NCBI GenBank assembly: GCA_020631905.1 | Contig: JACKGQ010000001.1 | Location: 357,854 to 421,853, forward strand | Direction of reading: 5' to 3' | DNA: 64,000 nucleotides | Source of the DNA: Candidatus Nomurabacteria bacterium | GTDB lineage: Bacteria; Patescibacteriota; Saccharimonadia; Saccharimonadales; VXPC01 | Part shown: piece by piece, positions 27,296-37,000 of the stretch | Numbering within the stretch: position 1 is the first letter of the stretch | Layout of the letters: the number at the start of each line of letters is the position of its first letter | The notes under the pieces: model-generated | Seen by the model: only the letters and a program-made list of their open reading frames with translations | Database searches by the model: none | Told to the model about the DNA's origin: nothing | Position numbers and translations under genes: made by a program

Positions 27296-30200
27296 ATGCA
27301 CCAAACGGGAAGGGACTCCCTAAAATCGTGCTGTACCAGTCGGAATGGTAAAAAAAGCGCCTACAAGCGCTGTTTTGGCATGTCCAGACCTAAAATTTCA
27401 ACCAGCACACTGCTGCAGCGAGCAATTTTCGTACTGTTCGCTGTCATCGTCCCCAGCAGTGTGCTGTTTGGTGTTTTAGCTAAACCTGCCCAAGCCGCCC
27501 CCAGTAGCCAACTAAACTTCCAGGCTAGACTTCAATCTAACACTGGGGCTCTAATCCCTGATGGTAACTACCATGTAGAGTTTAAGATCTACGACTCTCT
27601 AGCCTCTGGAGCCTCAGCTCAGGGTGTCTGTTCACTCGACAGTAGCACTGACGACTGTCTGTGGCTGGAAACTCGAACTGGAGCTAACGTGATCGCTGTC
27701 CAGAATGGCTATCTGACAGCCAACCTCGGTAGTGTCACTGCCTTTGGTTCTGGCATCGACTGGAGTCAACAACTCTACCTCAGCATCAACATTGGTGGTA
27801 ACGGTGGCTCCCCAAGCTGGGATGGTGAAATGAGTCCAAGGTTGCAGATAACCGCCACACCATTCTCGTTTGTCTCGGCTATCTCTAGAGCTCTGAACAG
27901 TGCCGACACTAACTCGGCCTCAACTGACTCGTCAGACGTCGTGATTGGCTCAGGAGATGCCAGTGGAGCCACATCAAACTCTGGAGACATCCTGATCGAC
28001 ACTGGTACAGCTACCGGTACTACAGGTGTCATCCGACTCGGTGCAGCTAACGCCAGTGCTCTCTACTTTGGTAACGCCACTACCGACCCAGACTTCACCT
28101 TCAGTGGGGCTGGAGCCTTCACCATTGCCAGTCTAGACTGTACCGGCAATGCCAATGGTGGAGCACTAACAGCCAATGGCTCAGGAGTTATATCCTGTTC
28201 TGATGATGATGGGGGAGGTGGGGGGTCGGGTGTTACGACAGTCGGAGCATTAGATGGAGGCACGCCAGATGCCAAAGGTGCATTTATATCTGGTACAACC
28301 ATCTATCTGCAATCTGCAAGTGCTACCTATCCAGGACTAGTCAATACTACCACTCAAACCTTTGCAGGGGATAAGACGTTTAGTGGTTCGCTAACAGTAG
28401 CAAATGTTGGTGCAATTGCGACTCAAAAAGGAACGGACTATTCTACAACCGGTACTTCTAATAACGTTAATTTTGGCAATGCAGGACTTTACCGCCTAAC
28501 CGGCGCTAGTGCTCAAACTATTACCGGTATCGCTGGTGGTGCAGATGGAAAAATCCTAACCATAGTTAATGCCGGATCTGCTAGTGCTACTATATCTAAC
28601 AATTCTGGCTCCTCAAGCGCAGCTAATCGTATTACGACCGGTACTGGTGCGGACGTGTCGTTGCCAGTCGGCTCATCTATTACTCTTATCTATGATGCGG
28701 CCGATGCACTATGGCGAGCAAATGGTGATGTAGCCGGGGGCTCCGGCTCCGGCATAACTAGCTTTACCTTAGCCGGGACATCAGGCTCTAATCAGACGAT
28801 TACCAATGGTGACACCTTAACGATTGCTGCCGGTGGCAATATTACTACGACGGGTGGAGCGACAGACACAATAACCATTGCTACAGTTAATAACCCAACA
28901 TTCTCTACTAGTGTATCCACACCATCAATTACATCTGCTGGGGCGCTCGCCATTAGCGCCGCAACCGCAACTGATACTACAATTAACGCTGGCACCACTG
29001 GCCAAGTCCAGATAGGCGGCACAAGCACTGGTGACATCCTCCTAGGTGGTGGCTCAGGCTCAACTGGCTGTACAGTCACTAACTCTACTGGAGCATTTGC
29101 TTGTAGCTCTACACTAAACGGCGCTACTATCTCTGGTGGTACCATCTCAGGTGGTAGCCTAAGTGCTACAGCCGTCAATGGTCTATCTGTTTCAGGTGGA
29201 ACCATAACGGTCGGTACCTGGAATGGCACAGCCCTAACAGATGCCTATGTCTCAGATACTCTAACCTCATCTATATTTATTGGTTCTGGCTCGACCACTG
29301 ATGCCATAGATCTAGCTACAGCTGAAGTCGCTGGTACGTTAGCTGACGGTAACGTAAGTGATACTCTAACCATTGGTTCATCTAGTACTGTCGATTGGAC
29401 AGCTCTATCTAACTACCCAGCAGCCTGTTCTGCTGGTACAGCCGTAACCACCATAGGTGACACGCTGACATGTACAGCGTTTGCCCCATCCTCAGGATCA
29501 TCTAACTATGTACAGCTTCAAGGTACTACACCGGGCTCACAACAGACGGGTCATCTAAATATATCTGGCACTGGTATCTTTGGAAGCTCAGTACTTACAT
29601 CAGCACTAGATACCTCAGCAGCTGGAGCGTTAGCAGTTGGCAATACTACGGCTACTAGCGTTTCTATCTGTAACTCCGCTGCCTGTGACACCCTCACTCT
29701 AGCCAACAATGCTGATGCTGACACGATCACGATTGGGGATAGCTTAGATACTACTGCCATCAACTCAACTGGCTGGTCTGTTACCGGAGCCGGAGCGCTT
29801 AAAGTAGTATCCATAGACTCAAATACTGCTACGACTCTAGGTATTGGTAATACTACAGCCACAGCACTAAGTCTATGTAACTCCGCTGCCTGTGACACAC
29901 TGACTCTCGGAACTAACGCCGACGCAGATACGATCACAGTAGGGGATTCATTAGATACCTTCAGCCTTGCGTCGACAGCCTTCACAGTTTCTACGGCAGG
30001 AGCCCTCTCAGGAATTACGACTATATCTACTAGTTCAACCATTAATACCAACACCTTCAATGCCACAACACTTACATTCTCAGGTGCTAACCCAAGCATA
30101 AGTGCTTCTACCGCAGCTACTAACATTAGTCTTAACGCTGGCACCACTGGCCAAGTCCAGATAGGCGGCACAAGCACTGGTGACATCCTCCTAGGTGGTG

Positions 30201-33049
30201 GCTCAGGCTCAACTGGCTGTACAGTCACTAACTCTACTGGAGCATTTGCTTGTAGCTCTACACTAAACGGCGCTACTATCTCTGGTGGTACCATCTCAGG
30301 TGGTAGCCTAAGTGCTACAGCCGTCAATGGTCTATCTGTTTCAGGTGGAACCATAACGGTCGGTACCTGGAATGGAACACAAATAGGTGCAACTTATGGC
30401 GGCACTGGTCAAACAACGGTGACTACAGGCGATTTACTTTATGGTTCAGCAGCTAACACATGGGGTAAGTTAGCAGCCGTAGCTTCCGGTTCGTGTCTAA
30501 TATCTAATGGAGTAGGGGTAGCTCCTAGTTGGGGTAGTTGTGGAACTGGTTTATTCACCGATGCCGGCGCACACACCTATCTCACGTCTACGTCTGATCA
30601 ACTTGTTGTCGGTTCTAGCTCATCGCAAAGTGCCAAATTTGCCGTCGTAGGCACTGCAGACGAAATCCAACTATTGATTAAGGCGAACGCAACTCAAACA
30701 AATACCGCAATCGTTCAGGGTCAAGACTCAACTGGAGCTGAGCTATTTAGCATCCGTGCCCCAGATGAATATACAGTCTATTTAGGATACAGAGCAGGCT
30801 ATATCGATGACGGTTCTGGAGGTCAAAACGTTGGCGTAGGTAGTAACGCGCTCCTAAACAATGTGGCCGGATACTATAACGTAGCAATCGGCTCTAATGC
30901 TCTAAGTTCTAATGATGACGGTGCTTCAAACATTGCCATCGGTCAACAAGCATTAACTACAAACGTTAGCGGTACTCAAAACACTGCAGTCGGTGGCTCA
31001 GCATTAATAAACAGTACTGGCAACTACAATACTGCCCTTGGCTTTGAAGCTGGCTCTACTACAACAGGAGCAGAAAACCTTTTCTTAGGCTACAAAGCAG
31101 GAGATAACTTAACCACAGGTAGTTACAACATCCTTATCGGTAACGAGATTGATGCAACTTCGGCAACAGGTGATTACCAGTTGAATATTGGAAATATACT
31201 GTATGGGACAACTATTAACGGAACAGGCACAACACTTAGTACAGGTAACCTTGGTGTAGGTACCGCATCCCCTGGCGCAAGACTAGAAGTTAAGTCTCAA
31301 GCAGGTGGCTCACAAGTAGGACTGATAGTAGATAATAATACTTCTACGGGGGATATCTTGCAGCTTAAAGATGGAGGTTCAACAGTATTTACCGTAGCGA
31401 ATGGAGGTAATGTCACGATTCAGGGAAATGTTCTACCGGGCACAGACGACACTTATGATTTGGGCGACAACACTCATAGATGGGCTAATATTTACTTGGG
31501 TGGCGAAACAATTCACCTTGGGACTTCAACATCAGATGAAGCTACGTTTGGGTATAACACAACCACAAATGTACTTACTGTTCAAAGTACAGGCAGTATA
31601 ACCTTGGCAAACGATACAACAGTTTCTTCAAATACTATCTATCTTGGAGTTAACGATTCTGGTTCAGGTGATAGGCAATTAAGGATTTATGGTGGTGGTG
31701 CGGGTACATCAGAAGGTGGACAGATAACACTTTACACCTCAGCTGATTACGATACCTCCATAGACAGCTATGTACTGGATGTCTACCAAGACTCCTTTAG
31801 AATTTTTACGGGTGGTACTGTAAGATTCTCAATCCAATCTACGGGTGTCGCCGATTTCGCTGGTGATCTCACGGTTTCCGGGGGTAATCTGGGAATAGGC
31901 ACCGCAGCTAACTCATCATACATCTTGTATGCCTATTATGACTCCGACACCTATGCTCGGCTTAACAATGATGACAACGGTGATTTTTACATAAGCGGAG
32001 CCAATGCAGATCTATATGTAGTAGATGATACGAACGCATCGTACTATACGCGTATTCATCATAATGGAACCAATGGCTATATAGATACAGGAGCAGGGGA
32101 TCTATACCTTAGGCCAAACTCTAATACTGTACGTGTAACGAACATAAATGCATCGAATTCAGTTTTTGGTGGTTACATAGGTGGAGGTATAGCGTCTTCA
32201 AACACAGCCGTAGGCGCTACAAACGCTTGTCGGTCTACGGCGACAGATGGATTTGGTGCTTACATAATTGGAACCTGCAGCTCCCTAAGAAAGTTTAAAG
32301 ACAACATAGCGGATCTTACGCTTGACATAAATACGTTAAGGTTACTGCACCCGGTCGAATTTGACTGGAATATTGACAATAATCAGCATTCGATTGGTTT
32401 TGTTGCTGAAGAGGTCGAACAAGTTAGCCCATTATTGGCAGAGTACGCAGACGGTCAGCTGTCTGGAGTTGCATATAACTTGATGTCATCACTTCTGGTT
32501 AAATCAGTCCAACAACTCGACGTCCAAGTCCAATCCATGGATGCTCGACTATCAGTGGTCGAGTCTGGAAACTTCTCTGGTAACTTACGTGTCGCTGGTA
32601 ACACTCAATTAATCGGTAATCTTACTGTAGCTGGTTATACAACTCTAACCAACCTAACTGTAACTGGCAACACCACCGTAGCTAACCTAACGGTCAATGG
32701 AAAGATTATCACCGCTGGAGCTACTCCAACAGTAGTTCTTGGCGCCAACACTGTAGTAGGTCAAAACGGAACAGTATCAATAGAAGGTAATGACACAGCC
32801 GGAACAATAACCTATATCAGTGGAACTCAAAACTTACCAACTCATGACCTATCAACAGGAAAACAGCTGGAGGTAACATTTAGCTCTGAGTATGGCTCGG
32901 CACCAAAAATAACCCTAACATCCACTAGTAGTTCAGCTTCACTTGTGAGCTACTATGTTACCAAAACGACTACGGGTTTTGCGATTAACTTTACATCTGC
33001 TCCCGCTGCTGGGCAGACATACTCGTTTGATTACCAAGTTGTCCAATAA
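27296..33049 (+). CDS. giant secreted/surface protein 1 (tail-fibre-like, with internal Peptidase_S74 chaperone domain)
   Basis: 1917 aa. Signal-like segment LLQRAIFVLFAVIVPSSVLFGVLAKPAQA, then the shared N-module APSSQLNFQARLQSNTGALIPDGNYHVEFKIYD...WDGEMSPRLQIT. Long G/T/S/N/A-rich beta-repeat body. The S74-like segment is at nt c.32275-32570. SD agagg upstream of the ATG. Confidence 0.85.
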   Translation: MHQTGRDSLKSCCTSRNGKKSAYKRCFGMSRPKISTSTLLQRAIFVLFAVIVPSSVLFGVLAKPAQAAPSSQLNFQARLQSNTGALIPDGNYHVEFKIYDSLASGASAQGVCSLDSSTDDCLWLETRTGANVIAVQNGYLTANLGSVTAFGSGIDWSQQLYLSINIGGNGGSPSWDGEMSPRLQITATPFSFVSAISRALNSADTNSASTDSSDVVIGSGDASGATSNSGDILIDTGTATGTTGVIRLGAANASALYFGNATTDPDFTFSGAGAFTIASLDCTGNANGGALTANGSGVISCSDDDGGGGGSGVTTVGALDGGTPDAKGAFISGTTIYLQSASATYPGLVNTTTQTFAGDKTFSGSLTVANVGAIATQKGTDYSTTGTSNNVNFGNAGLYRLTGASAQTITGIAGGADGKILTIVNAGSASATISNNSGSSSAANRITTGTGADVSLPVGSSITLIYDAADALWRANGDVAGGSGSGITSFTLAGTSGSNQTITNGDTLTIAAGGNITTTGGATDTITIATVNNPTFSTSVSTPSITSAGALAISAATATDTTINAGTTGQVQIGGTSTGDILLGGGSGSTGCTVTNSTGAFACSSTLNGATISGGTISGGSLSATAVNGLSVSGGTITVGTWNGTALTDAYVSDTLTSSIFIGSGSTTDAIDLATAEVAGTLADGNVSDTLTIGSSSTVDWTALSNYPAACSAGTAVTTIGDTLTCTAFAPSSGSSNYVQLQGTTPGSQQTGHLNISGTGIFGSSVLTSALDTSAAGALAVGNTTATSVSICNSAACDTLTLANNADADTITIGDSLDTTAINSTGWSVTGAGALKVVSIDSNTATTLGIGNTTATALSLCNSAACDTLTLGTNADADTITVGDSLDTFSLASTAFTVSTAGALSGITTISTSSTINTNTFNATTLTFSGANPSISASTAATNISLNAGTTGQVQIGGTSTGDILLGGGSGSTGCTVTNSTGAFACSSTLNGATISGGTISGGSLSATAVNGLSVSGGTITVGTWNGTQIGATYGGTGQTTVTTGDLLYGSAANTWGKLAAVASGSCLISNGVGVAPSWGSCGTGLFTDAGAHTYLTSTSDQLVVGSSSSQSAKFAVVGTADEIQLLIKANATQTNTAIVQGQDSTGAELFSIRAPDEYTVYLGYRAGYIDDGSGGQNVGVGSNALLNNVAGYYNVAIGSNALSSNDDGASNIAIGQQALTTNVSGTQNTAVGGSALINSTGNYNTALGFEAGSTTTGAENLFLGYKAGDNLTTGSYNILIGNEIDATSATGDYQLNIGNILYGTTINGTGTTLSTGNLGVGTASPGARLEVKSQAGGSQVGLIVDNNTSTGDILQLKDGGSTVFTVANGGNVTIQGNVLPGTDDTYDLGDNTHRWANIYLGGETIHLGTSTSDEATFGYNTTTNVLTVQSTGSITLANDTTVSSNTIYLGVNDSGSGDRQLRIYGGGAGTSEGGQITLYTSADYDTSIDSYVLDVYQDSFRIFTGGTVRFSIQSTGVADFAGDLTVSGGNLGIGTAANSSYILYAYYDSDTYARLNNDDNGDFYISGANADLYVVDDTNASYYTRIHHNGTNGYIDTGAGDLYLRPNSNTVRVTNINASNSVFGGYIGGGIASSNTAVGATNACRSTATDGFGAYIIGTCSSLRKFKDNIADLTLDINTLRLLHPVEFDWNIDNNQHSIGFVAEEVEQVSPLLAEYADGQLSGVAYNLMSSLLVKSVQQLDVQVQSMDARLSVVESGNFSGNLRVAGNTQLIGNLTVAGYTTLTNLTVTGNTTVANLTVNGKIITAGATPTVVLGANTVVGQNGTVSIEGNDTAGTITYISGTQNLPTHDLSTGKQLEVTFSSEYGSAPKITLTSTSSSASLVSYYVTKTTTGFAINFTSAPAAGQTYSFDYQVVQ
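27486..27852 (+). repeat. Shared N-module repeat, copy in giant gene 1 (partner 34302-34668)
   Basis: 367 bp with only 2 mismatches to the partner (t/c at 27573; a/g in gtcaacaac vs gtcagcaac). Constant offset 6816 bp. Confidence 0.95.
28983..29226 (+). repeat. 244-bp intragenic direct repeat, copy 1 (partner 30132-30375)
   Basis: Read line by line, I see no mismatch. Offset 1149 bp (383 codons, in frame). Confidence 0.9.
30132..30375 (+). repeat. 244-bp intragenic direct repeat, copy 2
   Basis: Identical to 28983-29226 (ttaacgctggcaccactggccaagtccagataggcgg...cggtacctggaatgg). Confidence 0.9.
30992..31155 (+). repeat. 164-bp perfectly identical block shared with giant gene 2 (37070-37233)
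   Basis: The block is embedded in a homologous region (30749-c.31200 vs 36827-c.37278). The flanks of that region differ at many mostly synonymous positions. Confidence 0.9.
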
Positions 33050-33200
33050 TCAAAATAATATATTTCAAAACTGTATGCTATAGATATGGCCGGCAAACTA
33101 CCCTCTATGCACAATTACTTCTAGGATATCACTGCTAGTAGCAGTTCAGAATATTTCAATGAGAGTGTGAGCTATATAAGGACTGTTCTTAGGACAGTCC

Positions 33201-33229
33201 TTGACAACTTAAATTAGTTAAAATAATAT
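33201..33229 (+). promoter_or_regulatory. Promoter abutting the Y1-transposase-like gene (leaderless-type)
   Basis: ttgaca (33201-33206), a 17-nt spacer, then taatat (33224-33229). The ATG at 33236 is only 6 nt after the -10. The -35 overlaps the 3' arm of an 11-bp hairpin (33178-33202). Confidence 0.4.
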
Positions 33230-33235
33230 ATAAGC

Positions 33236-33853
33236 ATGCCAGCAAAAAACACTATTAAAAATTTTTTACCAAACGGCTACTACCATATATTCAACAAGGG
33301 CACTGGATCGGCAAAAATATTTAAGTCCGATCAAGATTACATACATTTCTTGAGACTGCTAAAAAAGCATTTAGAAAAGCACCCCAAGCAAGACGAATAT
33401 GGCCGAGTGCCTGTAAGTTATCACAACCAAATCGAGCTACTCGCGTACGGCTTAGAGCCAAAAAGCTTTAGTTTGCTGGTATATGTTGGAAACGAGCCAA
33501 GAGCCATTAGTGAGCTTATGCGCCGGGTATGTACGGCCTACACAATGTATTTCAATCACAAATACAACCACTCTGGGACGATTTTTGAAACACGCTACAA
33601 AGCACGTTTTGTCGACGACCACACAAGCTTGCCAAACATTACCAGGCACGTTCATCGATTGGTCGACGATTACAAAACGTGGCCATACTCAAGTCTGCAA
33701 TACTATATAGGGTCGGCCAAAAGTGATTGGGTTCGGCCGGCTAAAATATACAAAATGTACGAATGGGGTACTTACGAAAAATATTTAGATAGTTATGGAT
33801 CAATGAATCACGACGAGGCCGAGCACATGCACTCGCAACTAGCCAATTATTAG
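33236..33853 (+). CDS. IS200/IS605-family (RayT-like) Y1 transposase homologue with degenerate catalytic motifs
   Basis: 205 aa. The family pattern is recognisable: YYHIFNKG..IF..DQDY..FL...LLAYGLEPKSFSLLV....Y..YFN.KY...G..F..RYKA..V........RHVHRLV....WPYSS. The HUH position reads SFS, not HxH. The Tyr of the usual RYIH.NP motif reads His (TRHVHRLV). Confidence 0.7.
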   Translation: MPAKNTIKNFLPNGYYHIFNKGTGSAKIFKSDQDYIHFLRLLKKHLEKHPKQDEYGRVPVSYHNQIELLAYGLEPKSFSLLVYVGNEPRAISELMRRVCTAYTMYFNHKYNHSGTIFETRYKARFVDDHTSLPNITRHVHRLVDDYKTWPYSSLQYYIGSAKSDWVRPAKIYKMYEWGTYEKYLDSYGSMNHDEAEHMHSQLANY

Positions 33854-34036
33854 CTTAAGCACTGTGGATAAGTACCAGTAATAAACTAAAAATAGACTAG
33901 AAATTGTGAACACATTTTTGATACAATTTTGTTAATCTGTTAAGCACAACCGTGTATAACAGAGGTACAGGGCGCAAGGATTAGATTTATCTCGCAGATG
34001 TCTAATCACTTGTGTTGCTAATAAAAAAAGCAACAC

Positions 34037-37000
34037 ATGAAAAAAACAAATTATCAAACACACCAAAACAAAAACGTTTATATACGTTTAATAGGGCTTA
34101 CTCGCAGAGCCCTATTAAGCATTTATAAACATTGCGACCAGCACAAACTAGGCTCAGCCCTCCGCGCCCTTGGACTGAGCTTGTTTGTGCGTGTAAAAGT
34201 CCTGCCTAGTCTAGGCTCAGCCCTCCGCGCCCTTGGGTTGAGCCTAGTTTGGGTTGGAATTGCAGCCTTGGTGGCTGTACCGACAATCCTAAATGTTGGC
34301 TCTGCCCAAGCCGCCCCCAGTAGCCAACTAAACTTCCAGGCTAGACTTCAATCTAACACTGGGGCTCTAATCCCTGATGGTAACTACCACGTAGAGTTTA
34401 AGATCTACGACTCTCTAGCCTCTGGAGCCTCAGCTCAGGGTGTCTGTTCACTCGACAGTAGCACTGACGACTGTCTGTGGCTGGAAACTCGAACTGGAGC
34501 TAACGTGATCGCTGTCCAGAATGGCTATCTGACAGCCAACCTCGGTAGTGTCACTGCCTTTGGTTCTGGCATCGACTGGAGTCAGCAACTCTACCTCAGC
34601 ATCAACATTGGTGGTAACGGTGGCTCCCCAAGCTGGGATGGTGAAATGAGTCCAAGGTTGCAGATAACATCCGTGCCATACGCATTTGCTGCGGGCACAG
34701 CTGAAAACGTCAAGAGTACCGATGTCGATAGTGCCGATAGCGCAGATGTAAACATCTCGACAGGTGATTCGACTACTAGCGGTACCACAGGTGACATTAT
34801 TGTAGACACTGGGGTTGGTGCAACCGCTAATGGTGGTATTACACTCGGTGGAGTTAACGCCAGCTCGGTAAGTATCGGTAACTCCGGCGCTGTATTAACT
34901 TTAGCCGGCTCAAGTATCCTACTTAACTCAGCTACCCTACAAAGAACAGCTACTGGTACCACCAGCCTAGATCTAGTAGATGGATCAGACACTACTCTAG
35001 CACTCCTAAACTCCGGAGCAGGTGTAGCTAACCTTACAGTAGACGGTAGTATTACTGTAGCTACACTAGGTTCTGCAGACTCTGATGCAGTAATATGTAG
35101 AAATACATCCAACCAACTAGCTACCTGTAACTCTACCTTCCTAACAAGTGCTAATGCCTTTGTGCAGAACGGCAATAGCTTCACAGCAAATGCAGTACTG
35201 GGCACTAATGATGCATATAGCTTACTATTTGAAACTGGCGGTAACACGCAGGTAACTATTGCTGACGGTGGAGCTACTACGTTCAAGAACTCAACTAATT
35301 CAACTACTGCATTCCAAGTACAGAACTCATCATCTGGTTCCGTTTTCAATGTTGACACAACTAATGGTAGAGTAAGTTTAGGCACAACTACTACAACAGC
35401 AGGACAATTAGTCGTAACAAGTTCAAATGCCAACCCATCTAACAACTACGCAGGAATTGTATCGACACCAACAATAGACTACACAGCATTATCCACCAAT
35501 ACAAATTATGCTGGATACTTTAATATAACAAACACATCTGCAAACGACACAAGCGGTACATTTACCGGTGTTTATGCTCGTGCTCAACACACTGCTGGCT
35601 ATGACACTACGTATTTATATGGTGTTGATGCAAGTACGTTCAGTACAGGAAGTGGTATTATTACTACCAATTCTATAGCTATCAATGCTTCGAATACTTT
35701 ACAAGGCTCCGGGTCAGCCATTAACGCAACAAACGTTAAAGGGTTAAATGTTGAAGCTCCTACCCTTAGTACAGTATCGGTAACAAATAGTTTAGGAGTA
35801 GATATAGCAAATCAAGGCTCAGCGTCCGTTGCTAACACTTATGGAATTCGTGTAGCAGCACAAACTTCATCTACTACAACCAATGTAGGTGTTGCCATAG
35901 GTGAGGCTGCTAACAATAACAACACTAACCTATTAATAGGTACCACAACAGCTCCATCAGGTAGTTTCTCGATTTACAACAACTCAGCCGACGATAATGT
36001 ATTCGCTGGTAACTTACGAGTCGGTTCTACTTCTGCCCCTACTGTCGCATTGGATGTAACTGGTGCTGGAACTTTCAGCGGTTTACTAACAGGCAGTGCT
36101 GGCCTAACAGTAACCGGTGGCACAGTAAACCTTAATGCTTCAAGCAACAACAACACCAACATCAACACAGGTACATCAACTGGTACTGTAGCTATTGGTA
36201 ACTCAGCTTCTACTACTACAGTATTAGGTACTACTACTATTAACACTACTGGTACAGCTACCACTGGAATAGGTAACTCAGGAGCTGTATTAACTCTATC
36301 TGGTTCAAGCATCCTACTTAACTCAGCTACCCTACAAAGAACTGCAGCTGGTACTACCAGCCTAGACCTAGTAGATGGAGCAAACACTACTCTTGCCCTA
36401 ATAAACTCAGGAGCAGGAGCAGCTAACCTCACAGTAGATGGTAGTATTACGGTTGCAACATTAGGATCAGCAGATACTTCTAACTATCTATGTAGGAATT
36501 CCTCAAATCAGCTAGCTACTTGTACCGGTTCAATATTGTCATCTTCGTTGACTGACAATATAACTGATGCTTTTGATCTACAAGAAGGCACCAACAACTA
36601 CATAAACATTAATACCACCAATGGTTCTGAAGAGATTCAGTTCGGAAACGCAACCACTAACCCTGACTTCACATTCTTGGGAAGTGGCAATACAAACATC
36701 GCAGGTCAACTGACAGTAAATGGTACAGCAGCTGATCAAATTCAGCTGGTAGTTAAAGCAAACGCTTCCCAAACCGCCACAACTCCTTTATTCCAAGCTC
36801 AAACATCTGCCGGTGCAGAAATATATAGCATCCGCGCCCCAGATGAATATAGTGTCTTCCTAGGCTATCGAGCCGGTTACATTGATGACGGCTCAGGTGG
36901 TCAGAACACTGGCGTAGGTAGTAATGCACTCCTAAACAATGTAGCTGGATACTATAACGTAGCTGTCGGTTCTAATGCTCTAAGTTCTAACGATGATGGT

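Noticed and set aside
33178-34007. Calling the Y1-transposase-like gene plus its flanking hairpins an intact IS200/IS605 insertion sequence
   Set aside because: The catalytic HUH and Tyr motifs appear substituted, the two flanking hairpins are unrelated in sequence, and no second copy exists in the window. It is therefore reported as a degenerate or domesticated homologue rather than a mobile element.
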